From Chloroflexota bacterium (GTDB taxonomy: Bacteria; Chloroflexota; Dehalococcoidia; JACPQK01), in the NCBI GenBank assembly GCA_016190505.1, contig JACPQM010000023.1, positions 2,877 through 66,876 on the forward strand: DNA of 64,000 bases. The letters are read 5' to 3'. The notes under the pieces were generated by a model, which was given only the letters and a program-made list of their open reading frames with translations, made no database searches and was not told the DNA's origin. Positions 9,817 to 20,977 of the stretch are shown here, piece after piece. Position 1 is the stretch's first letter. Each line of letters opens with the position of its first letter. Made by a program: the position numbers and the translations under genes.

Positions 9817-11067
9817 ATGGCAGCAACCGCCGTTTGGCTGAACCGGACCTTCTCTTCGCTCAAGCTGCGGAACTATCGTCTGCTCTGGCTGGGCTCGGCC
9901 TCGGAGCACACCGGCGAGTGGATGGAGCGTACCGCCATTGGCTGGACGGTGCTTCAACTCACCGACTCCCCGTTCATGCTGGGACTGAACGAGGCCCTGC
10001 GTTTCATCGCGCTGATCGTTTTCCCCTTCGTAGGCGGGGCCGTGGCGGACCGGTGGAACCGCAAGAAGCTGCTAATCGCCACCCTCATCGGGATGGCCCT
10101 GCTCTCGGCGATCATTGTGGCGCTGATGTGGTCGGGCGTTCTGGTGAAGGCGAACCCCATCGCCGTCTATTACATCCTGATGTACTCATTGCTGAGCGGC
10201 GTAATGACCGCCTTCAATCACCCGGCGCGAGGCACGCTCCTGGCCAGCATTGTAGACAAGAGCAGCTATGCCAACGCTGTGTCACTGGACAGTATCTCTG
10301 TCATGGCCAGCCGCCTCGTGGGCATGCCCCTGGCTGTCGGCTGGACGTTAATAGCCAACAATGACGTCAGCGGCATCATAGGGATGCGATTCGTTGGCTG
10401 CATGCTGGCGGTAATGTGGCTGCTGTGGCTGAGGGCGCCGTCCACTCCCCCCCAGGCCCGGCGGGAAAGTATGACGGCAAACGTGAAAGAGGGGCTTCGC
10501 TACGTGGCCAAGGACGAGGCCGTACTGGGGGTTACCTTGCTGGCCTTCATTCCCAGCTTCTTTGTCACGGGCTATGTTAGCCAGCTCCCTGTCTTTGCCG
10601 AGAGCGTGCTGGACATCGGGCCGGCGGGCCTGTACTTGATGAACTTCACGGCTGGGCTTGGCTCCCTCATTGGCCTGCTCGGCCTGGCCTCGCTGGGAGA
10701 CTACAAGCACAAAGGCGTACACCTGTTTGTGTCCATCATCGGATCAGGTGTCTCCCTGGCCTTGTTCGCGGTGAGTGCCTGGGTGCCATTATCTTTTGCC
10801 ATGCTGTTCGTGAGTGGGGCCACCATTAGCATGTTCACTGCACTGCGCTCCACGGTAGTCCTGCTCATAGTTCCGGACCACCTGAGGGGTAGGGTGATCG
10901 CGCTGAGGGAGCTGGCGACAGGCACCCAGCCTGTGGGTAGCTTGCTGCTGGGGTCCATGTCGGAGGCGTGGGGAGCGCCTATGGGTCTTGGGATAATGTC
11001 CGGTCTGTGTGCCGTGACCAGCGCCGGGGCGATGGTACGGCTCAAGCGGGTGAGGGACCTGGAGTGA
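9817..11067 (+). CDS. MFS transporter
   Basis: About 12 hydrophobic segments; GGAVADRWNRKK motif A; PDHLRGRV. Confidence 0.92.
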   Translation: MAATAVWLNRTFSSLKLRNYRLLWLGSASEHTGEWMERTAIGWTVLQLTDSPFMLGLNEALRFIALIVFPFVGGAVADRWNRKKLLIATLIGMALLSAIIVALMWSGVLVKANPIAVYYILMYSLLSGVMTAFNHPARGTLLASIVDKSSYANAVSLDSISVMASRLVGMPLAVGWTLIANNDVSGIIGMRFVGCMLAVMWLLWLRAPSTPPQARRESMTANVKEGLRYVAKDEAVLGVTLLAFIPSFFVTGYVSQLPVFAESVLDIGPAGLYLMNFTAGLGSLIGLLGLASLGDYKHKGVHLFVSIIGSGVSLALFAVSAWVPLSFAMLFVSGATISMFTALRSTVVLLIVPDHLRGRVIALRELATGTQPVGSLLLGSMSEAWGAPMGLGIMSGLCAVTSAGAMVRLKRVRDLE

Positions 11068-11137
11068 GACAGCTCGGCGCCTCAGGCGAATTGGACAAAG
11101 TTGCCCCCTGTTGAGGGGCGTTGAAAGGGGTTATTAG

Positions 11138-12406
11138 ATGGTGTCCAGCGTTCAAGGCGATGTCAGGGACATGGGCTTGGCCGGGCAGGGGGACCAGCGC
11201 ATCGAGTGGGCCAGCCGGGAGATGCCTGTGCTGCGTCTCATCGGCGACCGCTTTGAGAAGGAAAAGCCTCTGCGCGGCCTGTCCTTGTCGGCCTGTCTCC
11301 ACATCACTACGGAGACGGCCAACCTCGTACTGGCGCTCCATCGGGGCGGCGCCCAGATCGCCCTTTGCGCAAGCAACCCCCTGTCCACTCAGGACGAGGT
11401 GGCGGCGGCCCTGGTGCGCCGGGGTATCCCCACCTTTGGCATCCGGGGCGAGGACCAGCCCACGTACTACAAGCATATCCACAGCGCCCTGGTCCAGGAG
11501 CCTCAAGTGACTTTGGACGACGGTGCTGACTTGGTGACCACTCTCCATCGCGAGCGACGTGACCTGCTGCCCAACGTCATCGGCGGCACGGAGGAGACTA
11601 CCACCGGCGTAATCCGGCTGCACAATCAGGCCAAAGACGGCCAGCTCCGCTATGCCATCATTGCGGTCAACGAGGCTGAGACCAAGCATCTGTTCGACAA
11701 TCGCTACGGCACCGGCCAGAGCACCATAGACGGCGTGACCCGGGCCACCAACATACTTTGGGCGGGCAAACAGGTAGTGGTGGCCGGCTATGGCTGGTGC
11801 GGGAGGGGTATCGCCCGGCGCGCCGCCGGCATGGGCGCTCAGGTCATCGTCACCGAGGTGGAGCCCATTCGCGCTCTCGAGGCGGTCATGGACGGCTACC
11901 GGGTCATGCCCATGGTGGAGGCGGCTCGGAGCGGCGACGTGTTCATCACTGCCACAGGAGACATCAACGCCATTGGGCGTGAACACTTGGAGGTCATGAA
12001 GGACGGGGCCATCCTGGCTAACAGCGGGCACTTCAACGTGGAGATAGACATCCCGGTCCTGGAGTCACTGTCACGCGGGCACCGCACCATGCGGCCCCAG
12101 GTGGAGGAGTACACGCTCCGGGATGGGCGCCGGCTGTACCTGCTGGCGGAGGGCCGCCTGATTAACCTGGCGGCGGCGGAAGGACATCCCGCGGCCGTCA
12201 TGGACATGTCCTTCGCTAACCAGGCGCTATGTGTGGAGTACCTGGCCAAGCAGCAGAAAGGGCGCCTGGACCCAGGGGTGTACCCGGTGCCTCGGGAGAT
12301 AGACCGGGAGGTGGGCCGGCTCAAGCTTGAGGCCATGGGCGTGGGCCTGGACACCTTGACCCCCGAGCAGCACGAGTACCTTACCGGCTGGGAGAAGGGG
12401 ACCTAG
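11138..12406 (+). CDS. ahcY: Adenosylhomocysteinase
   Basis: [48 protein letters not shown]. Confidence 0.98.
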   Translation: MVSSVQGDVRDMGLAGQGDQRIEWASREMPVLRLIGDRFEKEKPLRGLSLSACLHITTETANLVLALHRGGAQIALCASNPLSTQDEVAAALVRRGIPTFGIRGEDQPTYYKHIHSALVQEPQVTLDDGADLVTTLHRERRDLLPNVIGGTEETTTGVIRLHNQAKDGQLRYAIIAVNEAETKHLFDNRYGTGQSTIDGVTRATNILWAGKQVVVAGYGWCGRGIARRAAGMGAQVIVTEVEPIRALEAVMDGYRVMPMVEAARSGDVFITATGDINAIGREHLEVMKDGAILANSGHFNVEIDIPVLESLSRGHRTMRPQVEEYTLRDGRRLYLLAEGRLINLAAAEGHPAAVMDMSFANQALCVEYLAKQQKGRLDPGVYPVPREIDREVGRLKLEAMGVGLDTLTPEQHEYLTGWEKGT

Positions 12407-12424
12407 GCCGGCACCCGCAAGGGC

Positions 12425-12823
12425 CTAGGGCGCGATACTGAAGGGTACCTCCTCGGCCATGGAGTGGAGTGCTATGATGGTCAGCAGCGCTGCGGCCAGG
12501 GCAATGTTCTTCATGAAGTGCGCCATCTGGTTGGCGGCCATCATCTGGTCGGCCAGTCCCCAGAACTTGTGCATGATGAAGGCCACCGGCACCAGGAAGG
12601 CGATGAGCACGGAGGCGCCCACGTCCATCCAGATGCCCAGCAGGAGGCTGGCGCCGCCGAACAGGAGCATGAGGCCCGTGAACGGTACAGCCAACTCGGG
12701 GGCAGGCGTCTCCATGCTCTTGGCGTAGGGGACGAGCATTTGGCGTTTGGTGAAATGGCCTACGCCATTGTACAGGAAATACAGTCCTAGGATGGTCCGC
12801 CCGATGAGGAACAGAATGTCCAT
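12425..12823 (-). CDS. DoxX family membrane protein
   Basis: MDILFLIGR...HKFW...HFMKN after SD GGAGG. Confidence 0.85.
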   Translation of the reverse strand: MDILFLIGRTILGLYFLYNGVGHFTKRQMLVPYAKSMETPAPELAVPFTGLMLLFGGASLLLGIWMDVGASVLIAFLVPVAFIMHKFWGLADQMMAANQMAHFMKNIALAAALLTIIALHSMAEEVPFSIAP

Positions 12824-12971
12824 TTTCTCCCTCCCACCGCTGAGAATAATGCTATAGTGACGCATGGTATGGCGTGGGCGCGCTCTAGTCAAGCCCCTGG
12901 CTTTAGCCAGGGGTGCCCTGTCTGAATCCAGGGTTTCAACAGCCGGTCTCATACCAGGAGGGGACGCAACA

Positions 12972-13793
12972 ATGGAAAACGTTGAACTGCCTGGCTGCCT
13001 GGCGGGCAGGGTGGCCGTTGTCACCGGGGCCAGCCGCGGCATCGGCAAGGCGCTGGCCATTGCCTTTGCCAAGGAGGGCGCCAGGGTGGTGGTGGCCGCC
13101 CGCAGCGAGACGGAAGGCTCTCTACCCGGGACCATTTACCAGACGGCGGAAGAGATCAAAAACGCCGGCGGTGTGGCCTTGCCGGTGCGCTGCGACCTGA
13201 TGAAGTCCGAGGATGTGGAGGCCCTGGGCCGGCGGGCCCTCGATGAGTTCGGCACCGTGGACATCCTGGTCAACAATGCCGGGACAGGTTCCTTCTCCTC
13301 GATCCTGAAGGTCTCCGTGGACCGCTGGGACAAGGTTTTCGCCACCAATATCCGCGGGGCGTTCCTGTGCAGCCGGGCGGTGCTGCCCACCATGATCAAG
13401 AACCGGCGAGGGAGCATAATCAACATAACGTCCATGGCGGCCCGCGTGGTAGATGCCTCCCACGGCCCGTATGCTGCCTCCAAGGCTGCCCTGGAGCGCT
13501 TCACCCTGTGTTTAGCGGAAGAGGTGCGGGGCTACAACATCGCCGTCAACGCGCTCGACCCGGGTCTCATCCTGGCCCCCGGAGTTGCGGAGGGGGTTAC
13601 GGGCCACGGGCGGGCGTGGACCCTGGTGGGCCGGAGGCCCCCCGAGACGGTGGCCCCGGCGGCTATCTTCATGGCCTATCAGGACGCTCATTTCACCGGC
13701 CGGGTGATGAAGGCCCAGGAGTTCTATGTGACCTGGCCCCATTACATCGAGGGCCGGGCCCAGTCTCTTGATAACCCAGCCCCGCCGGGCTAA
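12972..13793 (+). CDS. SDR family oxidoreductase
   Basis: [19 protein letters not shown]. Confidence 0.93.
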   Translation: MENVELPGCLAGRVAVVTGASRGIGKALAIAFAKEGARVVVAARSETEGSLPGTIYQTAEEIKNAGGVALPVRCDLMKSEDVEALGRRALDEFGTVDILVNNAGTGSFSSILKVSVDRWDKVFATNIRGAFLCSRAVLPTMIKNRRGSIINITSMAARVVDASHGPYAASKAALERFTLCLAEEVRGYNIAVNALDPGLILAPGVAEGVTGHGRAWTLVGRRPPETVAPAAIFMAYQDAHFTGRVMKAQEFYVTWPHYIEGRAQSLDNPAPPG

Positions 13794-13834
13794 TATATCA
13801 GGCGATTGCCATATTTCATGACGAGGGGTGTATA

Positions 13835-15091
13835 ATGCTCAGTCGGTTTTCCTCTAGCTCCTATCTGGCGACCTCCGAGTCGGTGACCGAGGGCCATCCG
13901 GACAAGCTCTGCGACCAGATCTCCGATGCTATTCTCGACGCCATGCTGGCCCAGGACCCCATGTCCCGGGTGGCCTGCGAGACCACAGCCACCACCGGGC
14001 TGATCCTGGTCACTGGCGAGGTGACCACCGAGGGCTACGTAGACATCCCTCATATCATCCGCCATGCCGTCCAGGAAGCTGGCTATACCAGGGCTGAGTA
14101 TGGGTTTGACTACCAGACCTGCGGCGTGATGGTATCGCTCAAGGAGCAGTCCAAGGACATTGATGCTGGCGTGAGCCGCTCCCGGGAGGCACGCCAGAAA
14201 CAGGACTCCCCTTTCAACAATGATGACTATGACCGCATCGGGGCCGGAGACCAGGGACTGATGATTGGCTACGCGTGCACGGAGACGCCCGAGCTCATGC
14301 CCCTGCCCATAGTCCTGGCCCACAGGCTGTGCAAGGAGCTGGCCCACGCTCGCAAGGACCGGGTACTCCCCTACCTCCGGCCGGATGGGAAAGCCCAGGT
14401 GACGGTGGAGTACTCTTACGGTGTCCCGCAGCGGGTCACCTCGGTGGTGGTCGCCGCGCAGCACGATCCCGAGGTGAGCCACGACGTCATCGAGCGGGAC
14501 ATCATCGAGTACGTCGTCCCCGTGGGCGTCCCCCGGCAGTTGCTGGACAAGCACACCAAGTTCTACATCAATGCCACAGGCCGCTTCGTCATCGGCGGGC
14601 CTATGGGCGACGCCGGGCTCACTGGGCGCAAGATCCTGGTGGACTCCTACGGTGGCGCGGCCCGCCACGGTGGCGGCTGTTTCTCGGGGAAGGACCCTAC
14701 CAAGGTGGACCGCTCCGGGGCTTACGCAGCCCGCTACGTGGCCAAGAACGTGGTGGCCGCGGGCCTGGCCGACCGGGCCGAGATCGAGGTGGCGTACTCC
14801 ATCGGCGTGGCCCACCCGCTGGCCATCTCCGTGGAGACCTTCGGCACGGGGCGGGTGGACGACCAGGTCATTGTCAAGCTGATCAACAAGCATTTCGACC
14901 TCCGGCCGGCGGCCATCATTGACAACCTTCAGTTGCGCCGCCCCATTTTCAAAGCTACCGCCGCCTACGGCCACTTCGGCCGCGAGGACATAGACGCTCC
15001 CTGGGAGAGGACCGACAAGGCGGCTATACTTCGAGCCGAGGCCGGCATCCGGCTGCCGGAGGAAGGCACCGGGACCTCCACCGCCAGCTAG
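13835..15091 (+). CDS. metK: S-adenosylmethionine synthetase
   Basis: [34 protein letters not shown]. Confidence 0.98.
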   Translation: MLSRFSSSSYLATSESVTEGHPDKLCDQISDAILDAMLAQDPMSRVACETTATTGLILVTGEVTTEGYVDIPHIIRHAVQEAGYTRAEYGFDYQTCGVMVSLKEQSKDIDAGVSRSREARQKQDSPFNNDDYDRIGAGDQGLMIGYACTETPELMPLPIVLAHRLCKELAHARKDRVLPYLRPDGKAQVTVEYSYGVPQRVTSVVVAAQHDPEVSHDVIERDIIEYVVPVGVPRQLLDKHTKFYINATGRFVIGGPMGDAGLTGRKILVDSYGGAARHGGGCFSGKDPTKVDRSGAYAARYVAKNVVAAGLADRAEIEVAYSIGVAHPLAISVETFGTGRVDDQVIVKLINKHFDLRPAAIIDNLQLRRPIFKATAAYGHFGREDIDAPWERTDKAAILRAEAGIRLPEEGTGTSTAS

Positions 15092-15108
15092 TCGGCAAGG
15101 GTGGTCCG

Positions 15109-16185
15109 GTGAAAGCTGTTATTCTGGCTGGGGGCGAGGGCACCAGGCTCCGCCCCCTCACGCTCACGGTTCCCAAGGCATTGGTGCCGGTGGTGAACCA
15201 GCCCTTCCTGGAGCACGTCCTGACCTATTTGCGGCGCCACGGGGTGGACCAGGCCGTGCTCACAGTGAGCTATCTGGCGGACCGCCTGAAGGAGCACTTC
15301 GGCGCCGGTGGGAACCACGGCCTCTCCCTCGTCTATTCTGTGGAGGAGCAACCCCGGGGCACGGCCGGAGCGGTGAGAGCGGTAGCAGGCCTGCTGGACG
15401 GAGCTTTCCTGGTACTGAACGGAGACCTGTTCACCGACATAGACCTGACCGGCCTGGTGGCCTTTCACCGCCAGAAGGGTGCGGCGGCGACCATTGCTTT
15501 GATCAGGGTGGATGACCCGACGACCTTTGGCATGGTGGAGACCGATGGCCAGGGCCGGGTGCTACGCTTCGTGGAGAAACCGCGACGGGAGCAAGTCACC
15601 ACTCACTACGTGAACGGCGGTATTTACGTACTGGAACCTGAGGCCCTCGCCCTGGTGCCGGAGAGCATGCACTACATGTTCGAGAGCGGCCTGTTTCCCC
15701 GGCTACTGGCAGAGGGCTGGCCCGTCTACGGCTATGCTACCGAGCCTTTTTGGCACGACATAGGCACGCCGGAGCGCTATCTTCAGCTCCACGCCGAGCT
15801 CCTGGGGGGGCGCTGCCCGTCCATATGGCCCGGAGCGCCCTCTGATCCCACTCGCGGTTGTTATGCTGATCCAACGGCAGTTGTGGAGGGCCAGGTGCTT
15901 CTGGGGCTGGGTGCGGTGTTGGGCCCCGAGTCACGGGTGTTGGGCCCCGCGGTGCTGGGCGCGGGCTGTCGCCTGGAAAGGGGTGCCGTGGTGGATGGGG
16001 GTGTGCTCTGGTCGGGGGTCTCGGTGGGGGCGGGGGCACACCTGGAGCGCTGCCTGGTGGGCAGCGGCTGCCGGCTTGGGCCGGGGGTGGTCGCGGAGGC
16101 GGCGGTCATCGGCAATAACGTGGCTGTGCCGGAGGGCGGTCGCCTGGCCCGAGGGGCGAAACTGCCGGTAGTGGCTCAGACCTGA
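15109..16185 (+). CDS. NDP-sugar synthase (mannose-1-phosphate guanylyltransferase-like)
   Basis: LAGGEGTRLRPLT..PK, LNGD, FVEKP, WHDIGTP, C-terminal hexapeptide repeats. Confidence 0.88.
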   Translation: MKAVILAGGEGTRLRPLTLTVPKALVPVVNQPFLEHVLTYLRRHGVDQAVLTVSYLADRLKEHFGAGGNHGLSLVYSVEEQPRGTAGAVRAVAGLLDGAFLVLNGDLFTDIDLTGLVAFHRQKGAAATIALIRVDDPTTFGMVETDGQGRVLRFVEKPRREQVTTHYVNGGIYVLEPEALALVPESMHYMFESGLFPRLLAEGWPVYGYATEPFWHDIGTPERYLQLHAELLGGRCPSIWPGAPSDPTRGCYADPTAVVEGQVLLGLGAVLGPESRVLGPAVLGAGCRLERGAVVDGGVLWSGVSVGAGAHLERCLVGSGCRLGPGVVAEAAVIGNNVAVPEGGRLARGAKLPVVAQT

Positions 16186-16246
16186 GACTGGGCCGGTCCT
16201 GTCCGGCCATTGAGTGGCCCTACGGGCCTGGGAGAGGGGTTGGCCG

Positions 16247-17674
16247 ATGAGCAACGTGATCAAGTTCGGTACCGAAGGTTGGCGTGGCATCATCGCCGAG
16301 GACTTCACCTTCGATAACGTGCGAGCTTGCAGCGAGGGGCTGGCATGCTACATGGAGGAAGCGGGGCTGGCCAGCCGCGGGTTGGTGATTGGCTACGACA
16401 CGCGCTTCGCCTCCGAGCATTTCGCGGCGGCGGTGGCGGAGGTGGCCGCCGGGCATGGCATCAGGAGTTACCTCGGGGTCAAACCGCTGCCCACGCCCCT
16501 GCTAAGCTTCGCCGTCAAACGGTGGGGTGCCGGCGCCGCGGTCATTATTACTGCCAGTCACAATCCTGCCCCCTGGAACGGGTTCAAGATCAAGACGGGG
16601 GATGGCGTAAGCGCCTCACCGGAGATCATCGGTCGCATCGAGGGCCTTATCGAGCGTGTGCAGCACAGGGGCCGCGTTGCCCGCATGCCCCTGGATAGCG
16701 CGCGGGCAGACGGCCTGGTCAGCGACCTGGACCCGGAGCCGCAGTACTTCGAACAGGTCGGAAAACTGGTTGACCTGGCCGCGCTGCGGCGGGCCGGCCT
16801 CAAGGTGGTGGTGGACTCCATGTACGCCACTGCCTCGGGCTACCTGCGCCGTCTGTTGGAAGGCGGCAGCACCAGCGTTGTGGAAATACATGCCGAGCGC
16901 AACCCCATTTTCCCCGGCATGCGCAACCCCGAGCCGATTGACATTAACCTGGGCGAGCTCTGCCGCACGGTGGTTGAGGCCGGGGGCAGCGTGGGCGTGG
17001 CCACCGATGGCGACGCCGACCGGCTGGGCGTGGTGGACGAGAACGGCCGCTACGTGACCACGCTCCAGGTGTTACCGCTGCTCGCCCTATACCTGCTGGA
17101 GGTGCGCGGAGAGCGGGGGGCCATCGTGCGCTCCCATACCACTAGCAACATGCTGGCCCGCCTTGGTGAGCGCTTCGGGGTCCCGGTTTTCGAGACGCCC
17201 GTGGGGTTCAAGTACGTCGGCAACAGGATGCTGGAGGTAGATGCGCTCCTCGGCGGCGAGGAGAGCGGCGGCTACGCCTTCCGTGGCCATGTCCCCGAGC
17301 GGGACGGCATTCTCTCCGCGCTCTACTTCCTCGACCTCCTGGTCCGCCGCAGCCAGACCCCGTCGCAGTGTCTGGACTACCTTTACTCGTTGGTCGGTCC
17401 TCACCACTATCAGCGGTCGGACTTCACTTTTCCAGCGGAGCAGCGAGACCAGATATGGGAGCGGATGCAGGAGGCAGCCCCCGACCTCGTGGATGGAACG
17501 CCGGTGGCCCAGCGCCACGTGAACGACGGATACCGCTTCGTGCTGGCGGATGGCTCCTGGCTCATGGTCCGTTTCTCGGGCACGGAGCCTCTGGTCCGCA
17601 TCTACGCGGAAAGCTCGACGCCGGTGCGTGCCGCCCAACTGGTGGACGCAGGCAGGCGGCTGGCCGGGCTGTGA
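16247..17674 (+). CDS. Phosphoglucomutase/phosphomannomutase
   Basis: FGTEGWRG, TASHNP, DGDADR, GEESG, RFSGTEP. Confidence 0.95.
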   Translation: MSNVIKFGTEGWRGIIAEDFTFDNVRACSEGLACYMEEAGLASRGLVIGYDTRFASEHFAAAVAEVAAGHGIRSYLGVKPLPTPLLSFAVKRWGAGAAVIITASHNPAPWNGFKIKTGDGVSASPEIIGRIEGLIERVQHRGRVARMPLDSARADGLVSDLDPEPQYFEQVGKLVDLAALRRAGLKVVVDSMYATASGYLRRLLEGGSTSVVEIHAERNPIFPGMRNPEPIDINLGELCRTVVEAGGSVGVATDGDADRLGVVDENGRYVTTLQVLPLLALYLLEVRGERGAIVRSHTTSNMLARLGERFGVPVFETPVGFKYVGNRMLEVDALLGGEESGGYAFRGHVPERDGILSALYFLDLLVRRSQTPSQCLDYLYSLVGPHHYQRSDFTFPAEQRDQIWERMQEAAPDLVDGTPVAQRHVNDGYRFVLADGSWLMVRFSGTEPLVRIYAESSTPVRAAQLVDAGRRLAGL

Positions 17675-17692
17675 TGAGGGCGAACACGGCGT

Positions 17693-17791
17693 GTAGGGGC
17701 GAAGCATCTGGCAACAAGTAACCCCCCTACTGTCCCCCTTGGCAAGGGGGACCATAGGGGGTAAAGAACCGCCCGGATGCTTCGCCCCTAC
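17693..17791. repeat. REP doublet GTAGGGGCGAAGCATC...GATGCTTCGCCCCTAC with internal hairpin
   Basis: Perfect terminal inverted repeat with GTAG/CTAC ends. Confidence 0.75.
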
Positions 17792-17815
17792 TGTAAGAAC
17801 GTGGAGGGATGCGCG

Positions 17816-18880
17816 TTGGTTGACCTGGATGATCTCCCTGTCTATCCGAAGCTAGACCCCTCGGGCATGCGGGTGCACCTCAGGGGCATGGCTGCCCAAT
17901 GCGTCAGGGCGTGGGAGCGGGCCTTGGCTTTCCCTCTGCCCGCGGACTACGCTCTAGCCGATAAGGTGCTGGTGCTGGGCATGGGTGGCTCAGCCATCGG
18001 CGCCGACCTGGTGGCTGGGCTGGTGCGAGACCAGGCCCGGGGGCCGTTAATCACCCACCGGGGCTACGGCTTGCCGTCGTTCGTGGATGCTCGCACCCTG
18101 GTGGTCGCTTCCAGCTACTCGGGGGCTACCGAGGAGACGCTGTCGGGCTTCCAGGAGGCCCTGGACCGGCCCTGCCCCAAGCTGGCCCTGACCACCGGCG
18201 GCCCGCTGCTCAGCCTGGCCAGGGAGCGCGGTGTGCCCGTGTTCGAGATTGACTACCTCCGGTCGCCACCTCGAGCCGCGTTAGCCTACAGTCTCATGCC
18301 GCTGCTGGCCTTCCTCTACCGGATGGGCTTCATCCCTGACCCGGCATCGGCGGCCAACGAGATGGTGGCGTTGCTGGAGGGACTGGCTCCCGCCCTGGCC
18401 GAAGGCTCCCCGGCCGAGCGCAATCCCGCCAAACAACTGGCACAGCATATGGCCGGGCGGACGGTGGTGGCCTACGGCGCCGGTTTCCTTTCCGCGGCGG
18501 CCCGCCGGTTCAAGACCCAGGTCAACGAGAATGCCAAGGGCTGGGCGTTCTACGAGTCCCTCCCCGAGCTCAACCACAACGCTGTGGTGGGCTACTCCTA
18601 CCCCACCGACGCCGCGCGCCATGTGTGCGTGGTCATGTTCAACAGCCCGCTCTTGTCGGAGCCCGTGCGGCGTCGCTATGAGGTTACGGCAGAGCTGCTC
18701 AGCAAAGCTGGGCAGGAGCCGTACGTGCTCTCCGGCCAGGGTCAGCAGCCCCTGGCCCAGATGATGTCCCTGGTGCTCCTGGGGGACTACGCCAGCTACT
18801 ACCTGGCGTTGCTCAACGGCGTGGACCCCTACCCGGTCCCCGCTGTGGACTACCTGAAACGTCGCCTCGCCGAGCGCTAG
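17816..18880 (+). CDS. Bifunctional phosphoglucose/phosphomannose isomerase
   Basis: GMGGSAIG, SSYSGATEET, PRAA, NENAK, PELNHN; TTG start after GGAGGG. Confidence 0.93.
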   Translation: MVDLDDLPVYPKLDPSGMRVHLRGMAAQCVRAWERALAFPLPADYALADKVLVLGMGGSAIGADLVAGLVRDQARGPLITHRGYGLPSFVDARTLVVASSYSGATEETLSGFQEALDRPCPKLALTTGGPLLSLARERGVPVFEIDYLRSPPRAALAYSLMPLLAFLYRMGFIPDPASAANEMVALLEGLAPALAEGSPAERNPAKQLAQHMAGRTVVAYGAGFLSAAARRFKTQVNENAKGWAFYESLPELNHNAVVGYSYPTDAARHVCVVMFNSPLLSEPVRRRYEVTAELLSKAGQEPYVLSGQGQQPLAQMMSLVLLGDYASYYLALLNGVDPYPVPAVDYLKRRLAER

Positions 18881-18886
18881 GTGAGT

Positions 18887-18923
18887 TCCCTCTCCCTCTG
18901 GGAGAGGGCCAGGGTGAGGGTCC
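18887..18923. repeat. CCCTCTCCC...GGGAGAGGG-CCAGGGTGAGGG REP-like element
   Basis: Same family at 44553, 53640 and 54305. Confidence 0.7.
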
Positions 18924-18936
18924 CTTAGTCTGCCCC

Positions 18937-18964
18937 TTGCAAAACGTGGCGGCTGTGGTATCCT
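18937..18964 (+). promoter_or_regulatory. Putative promoter
   Basis: TTGCAA-N16-TATCCT with extended -10 TG. Confidence 0.4.
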
Positions 18965-19086
18965 AATTCCGTTCAGGTGAGGCGGCGCCGAATGGCCCTG
19001 ATTTCACTGTGTTATGGCTGTCACTGACTATTATCGGCTAATAGGGCTGGGCCATCGCGCCATAGTTCCGGTCAAGGAGGTGCCCC

Positions 19087-20334
19087 TTGGTGAAGATGGC
19101 CCCCAAGCTTACCTTCGGCCCGGCTACCGCCGACTGGCAGGAGCGCATTAACCCCGAGCGCATGCGCCAGCAACGGGTAGCCCGCGCCCAGAAGGTCCTG
19201 AAGAAGAACGGCATCCCTGCCATGCTGGAAGCGGGCTCCGCCAACATCCGCTATCTGACGGGCCTGCGGGGCTTTGACTATCCCATGTGCCGCTTTGTCC
19301 TTTTCTTCGCTGACCACGACCCCATCATGTTCGAGCATGACGGCTGGTATCACCAGATGCCCGACCAGTGTCCCTGGATCAAAGAGTGGCGCCCGGCCCG
19401 TTCGTGGCTCACCGGCGCCCCGGGCATGGACGCCTCCCAGGACGAGGCCAGGCAGTTCGCCGCCGACATCGCCCGCGAGCTCAAAGCAAAGGGCTTGCTC
19501 AACGAGAAGCTGGCGTTTGGCGGGTTCGACGGCCTGGCCCGCGAGGCCCTGGCGGCTGAGGGCGTCAAGAACATCGTGGACAGCCGGCCCACCATGCTCG
19601 AGGCCCGGAGGATCAAGAACCCGGACGAGATCAACTGCCTCAAGATGGTGGCCTCCATTGTGGACGGTGTCTGGTTCAAGGTCTGGGAGAACCTCCGGCC
19701 GGGCATCAAGGACAGCGACCTCACCGTGATCGCCTCGAGCACCGGGTACGAGTACGGCGCCGAGTTCGCCACCCCCGGCGGCTGGCGCACCGGCCCCAGC
19801 ACCTTCGACCGCGGCTTCCACGGCGGCAGCCGTATCCTCCAGTTCGGAGACCTGGTCTATGGCTCCCTTTGCGGCAGCACCTACCTCGGGTATGCAAGCT
19901 GCTCCTACCGGACCTTCATCGTGGGGCGCCAGCCCACCGACAGGGAGAAGGACTGGTACAAGCGGATGAAGGACCGCATAGACGCCTGCATCAGCGAGAT
20001 CAAGCCGGGCAAGACCACCGCCGACGCCGCCAAGCACTTCCCACCCGCCTCCACCTGGGGCTACAAGGAGGAGGTCGAGGTGCTGGCCAGCGAGATCGGC
20101 CACGGCATAGGTCTGGGCGGCGGTATGGGCTACGACCACCCCATCATCAACCGCCAGTGGTCTCTCAAGTTCCCCCAGGTGTTCGAGGAGGGCATGACCA
20201 TTGCTGTCGAGTGCCGGGAGGGGATACACCGTGAGGGCGGCGTCCGCCTGGAGGACATGATGGTGGTCACCAAGGACGGCGCCGAGATCTTTGACCACTT
20301 CCCCCGGGAGGAGATCACCGTAGCCCCACGGTAG
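19087..20334 (+). CDS. M24 (Xaa-Pro peptidase/creatinase fold) family hydrolase
   Basis: NIRYLTG, ARRIKNPDEI, GHGIG, GVRLEDMMVVT. Confidence 0.88.
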   Translation: MVKMAPKLTFGPATADWQERINPERMRQQRVARAQKVLKKNGIPAMLEAGSANIRYLTGLRGFDYPMCRFVLFFADHDPIMFEHDGWYHQMPDQCPWIKEWRPARSWLTGAPGMDASQDEARQFAADIARELKAKGLLNEKLAFGGFDGLAREALAAEGVKNIVDSRPTMLEARRIKNPDEINCLKMVASIVDGVWFKVWENLRPGIKDSDLTVIASSTGYEYGAEFATPGGWRTGPSTFDRGFHGGSRILQFGDLVYGSLCGSTYLGYASCSYRTFIVGRQPTDREKDWYKRMKDRIDACISEIKPGKTTADAAKHFPPASTWGYKEEVEVLASEIGHGIGLGGGMGYDHPIINRQWSLKFPQVFEEGMTIAVECREGIHREGGVRLEDMMVVTKDGAEIFDHFPREEITVAPR

Positions 20335-20346
20335 CTGAAGCCCCTT

Positions 20347-20501
20347 GTCATTCTGAGTCCCGACGCCTCGGGACTGCGGCTAAGGACGAACGAAGAATCC
20401 GTACCCTCGCGCTGATGGTGAGGCCGGGCTTGCACTTTGGCCTCCCCATCAGCCCTGGATTAGCCAATGCACTCCGTAGGGGCGACCGGCCGGTCGCCCT
20501 A
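20347..20501. repeat. REP-like elements (GTCATTCTGAG type and GTAGGGGCG type)
   Basis: gtcattctgagtcccgacgc...gaagaatccgta recurs at 42954; gtaggggcgaccggccggtcgccctac palindrome. Confidence 0.7.
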
Positions 20502-20528
20502 CAGCGTTTGCCCGCCCGGGAGGTACGA

Positions 20529-20570
20529 TTGAAGACAGCCCACGGCAAACAGGTCACTGATGCGGGATGA
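20529..20570 (+). pseudogene. Stranded copy of the 5' end of the cysteine hydrolase gene
   Basis: 20529-20554 matches 20978-21003 at 25/26 nt, preceded by SD GGAGGT; reads MKTAHGKQVTDAG*. Confidence 0.7.
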
Positions 20571-20594
20571 AAACAGGCTCGATAGGGGGGTATC

Positions 20595-20909
20595 ATGTCT
20601 TTCGTTATGCGAAGAGTCATGTACGGTAGACCAGGTACTGCCGACCAGATTGTTCAAGTCATGAAAGACAGCGAGCGATTTGTGCGCCGCTATGACGCCC
20701 ACGCAAGGATGCGTGTTCTTGTGGACCACATGAGCGGGCGTTCGGACAGAGTAGTCGGCGAGTTTGAGATGGACGACATTGCCGACTTCTATGCCTTTAT
20801 GGCGCAAGTCATGTCTAGGCCCGAAGCCGCCGCCGAATACAAAGCCCTGGAAGAAAGGGGCTTCCGGCTCATAGACTACACTGAAGCAGAGTGGTGGCGA
20901 GTGGTCTAG
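20595..20909 (+). CDS. Hypothetical protein (possible dimeric alpha-beta barrel)
   Basis: SD AGGGGG, 104 aa, visibly less GC-rich than its neighbours. Confidence 0.7.
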   Translation: MSFVMRRVMYGRPGTADQIVQVMKDSERFVRRYDAHARMRVLVDHMSGRSDRVVGEFEMDDIADFYAFMAQVMSRPEAAAEYKALEERGFRLIDYTEAEWWRVV

Positions 20910-20977
20910 TTTTCCGCCCCTACAGTATCAGCCCACCCTGAATTCATGCCAATATCCAAGGTGAGAGGGAAGTTCAG

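Noticed and set aside
11068-11137. SAH/SAM riboswitch upstream of ahcY
   Set aside because: A hairpin and a GAGGGGCGTTG word are present, but the remaining SAH consensus elements are missing and the region is short.
13806-13836. Promoter TTGCCA...TATAAT before metK
   Set aside because: 19-nt spacer and the -10 overlaps the start codon; better explained as SD plus ATG.
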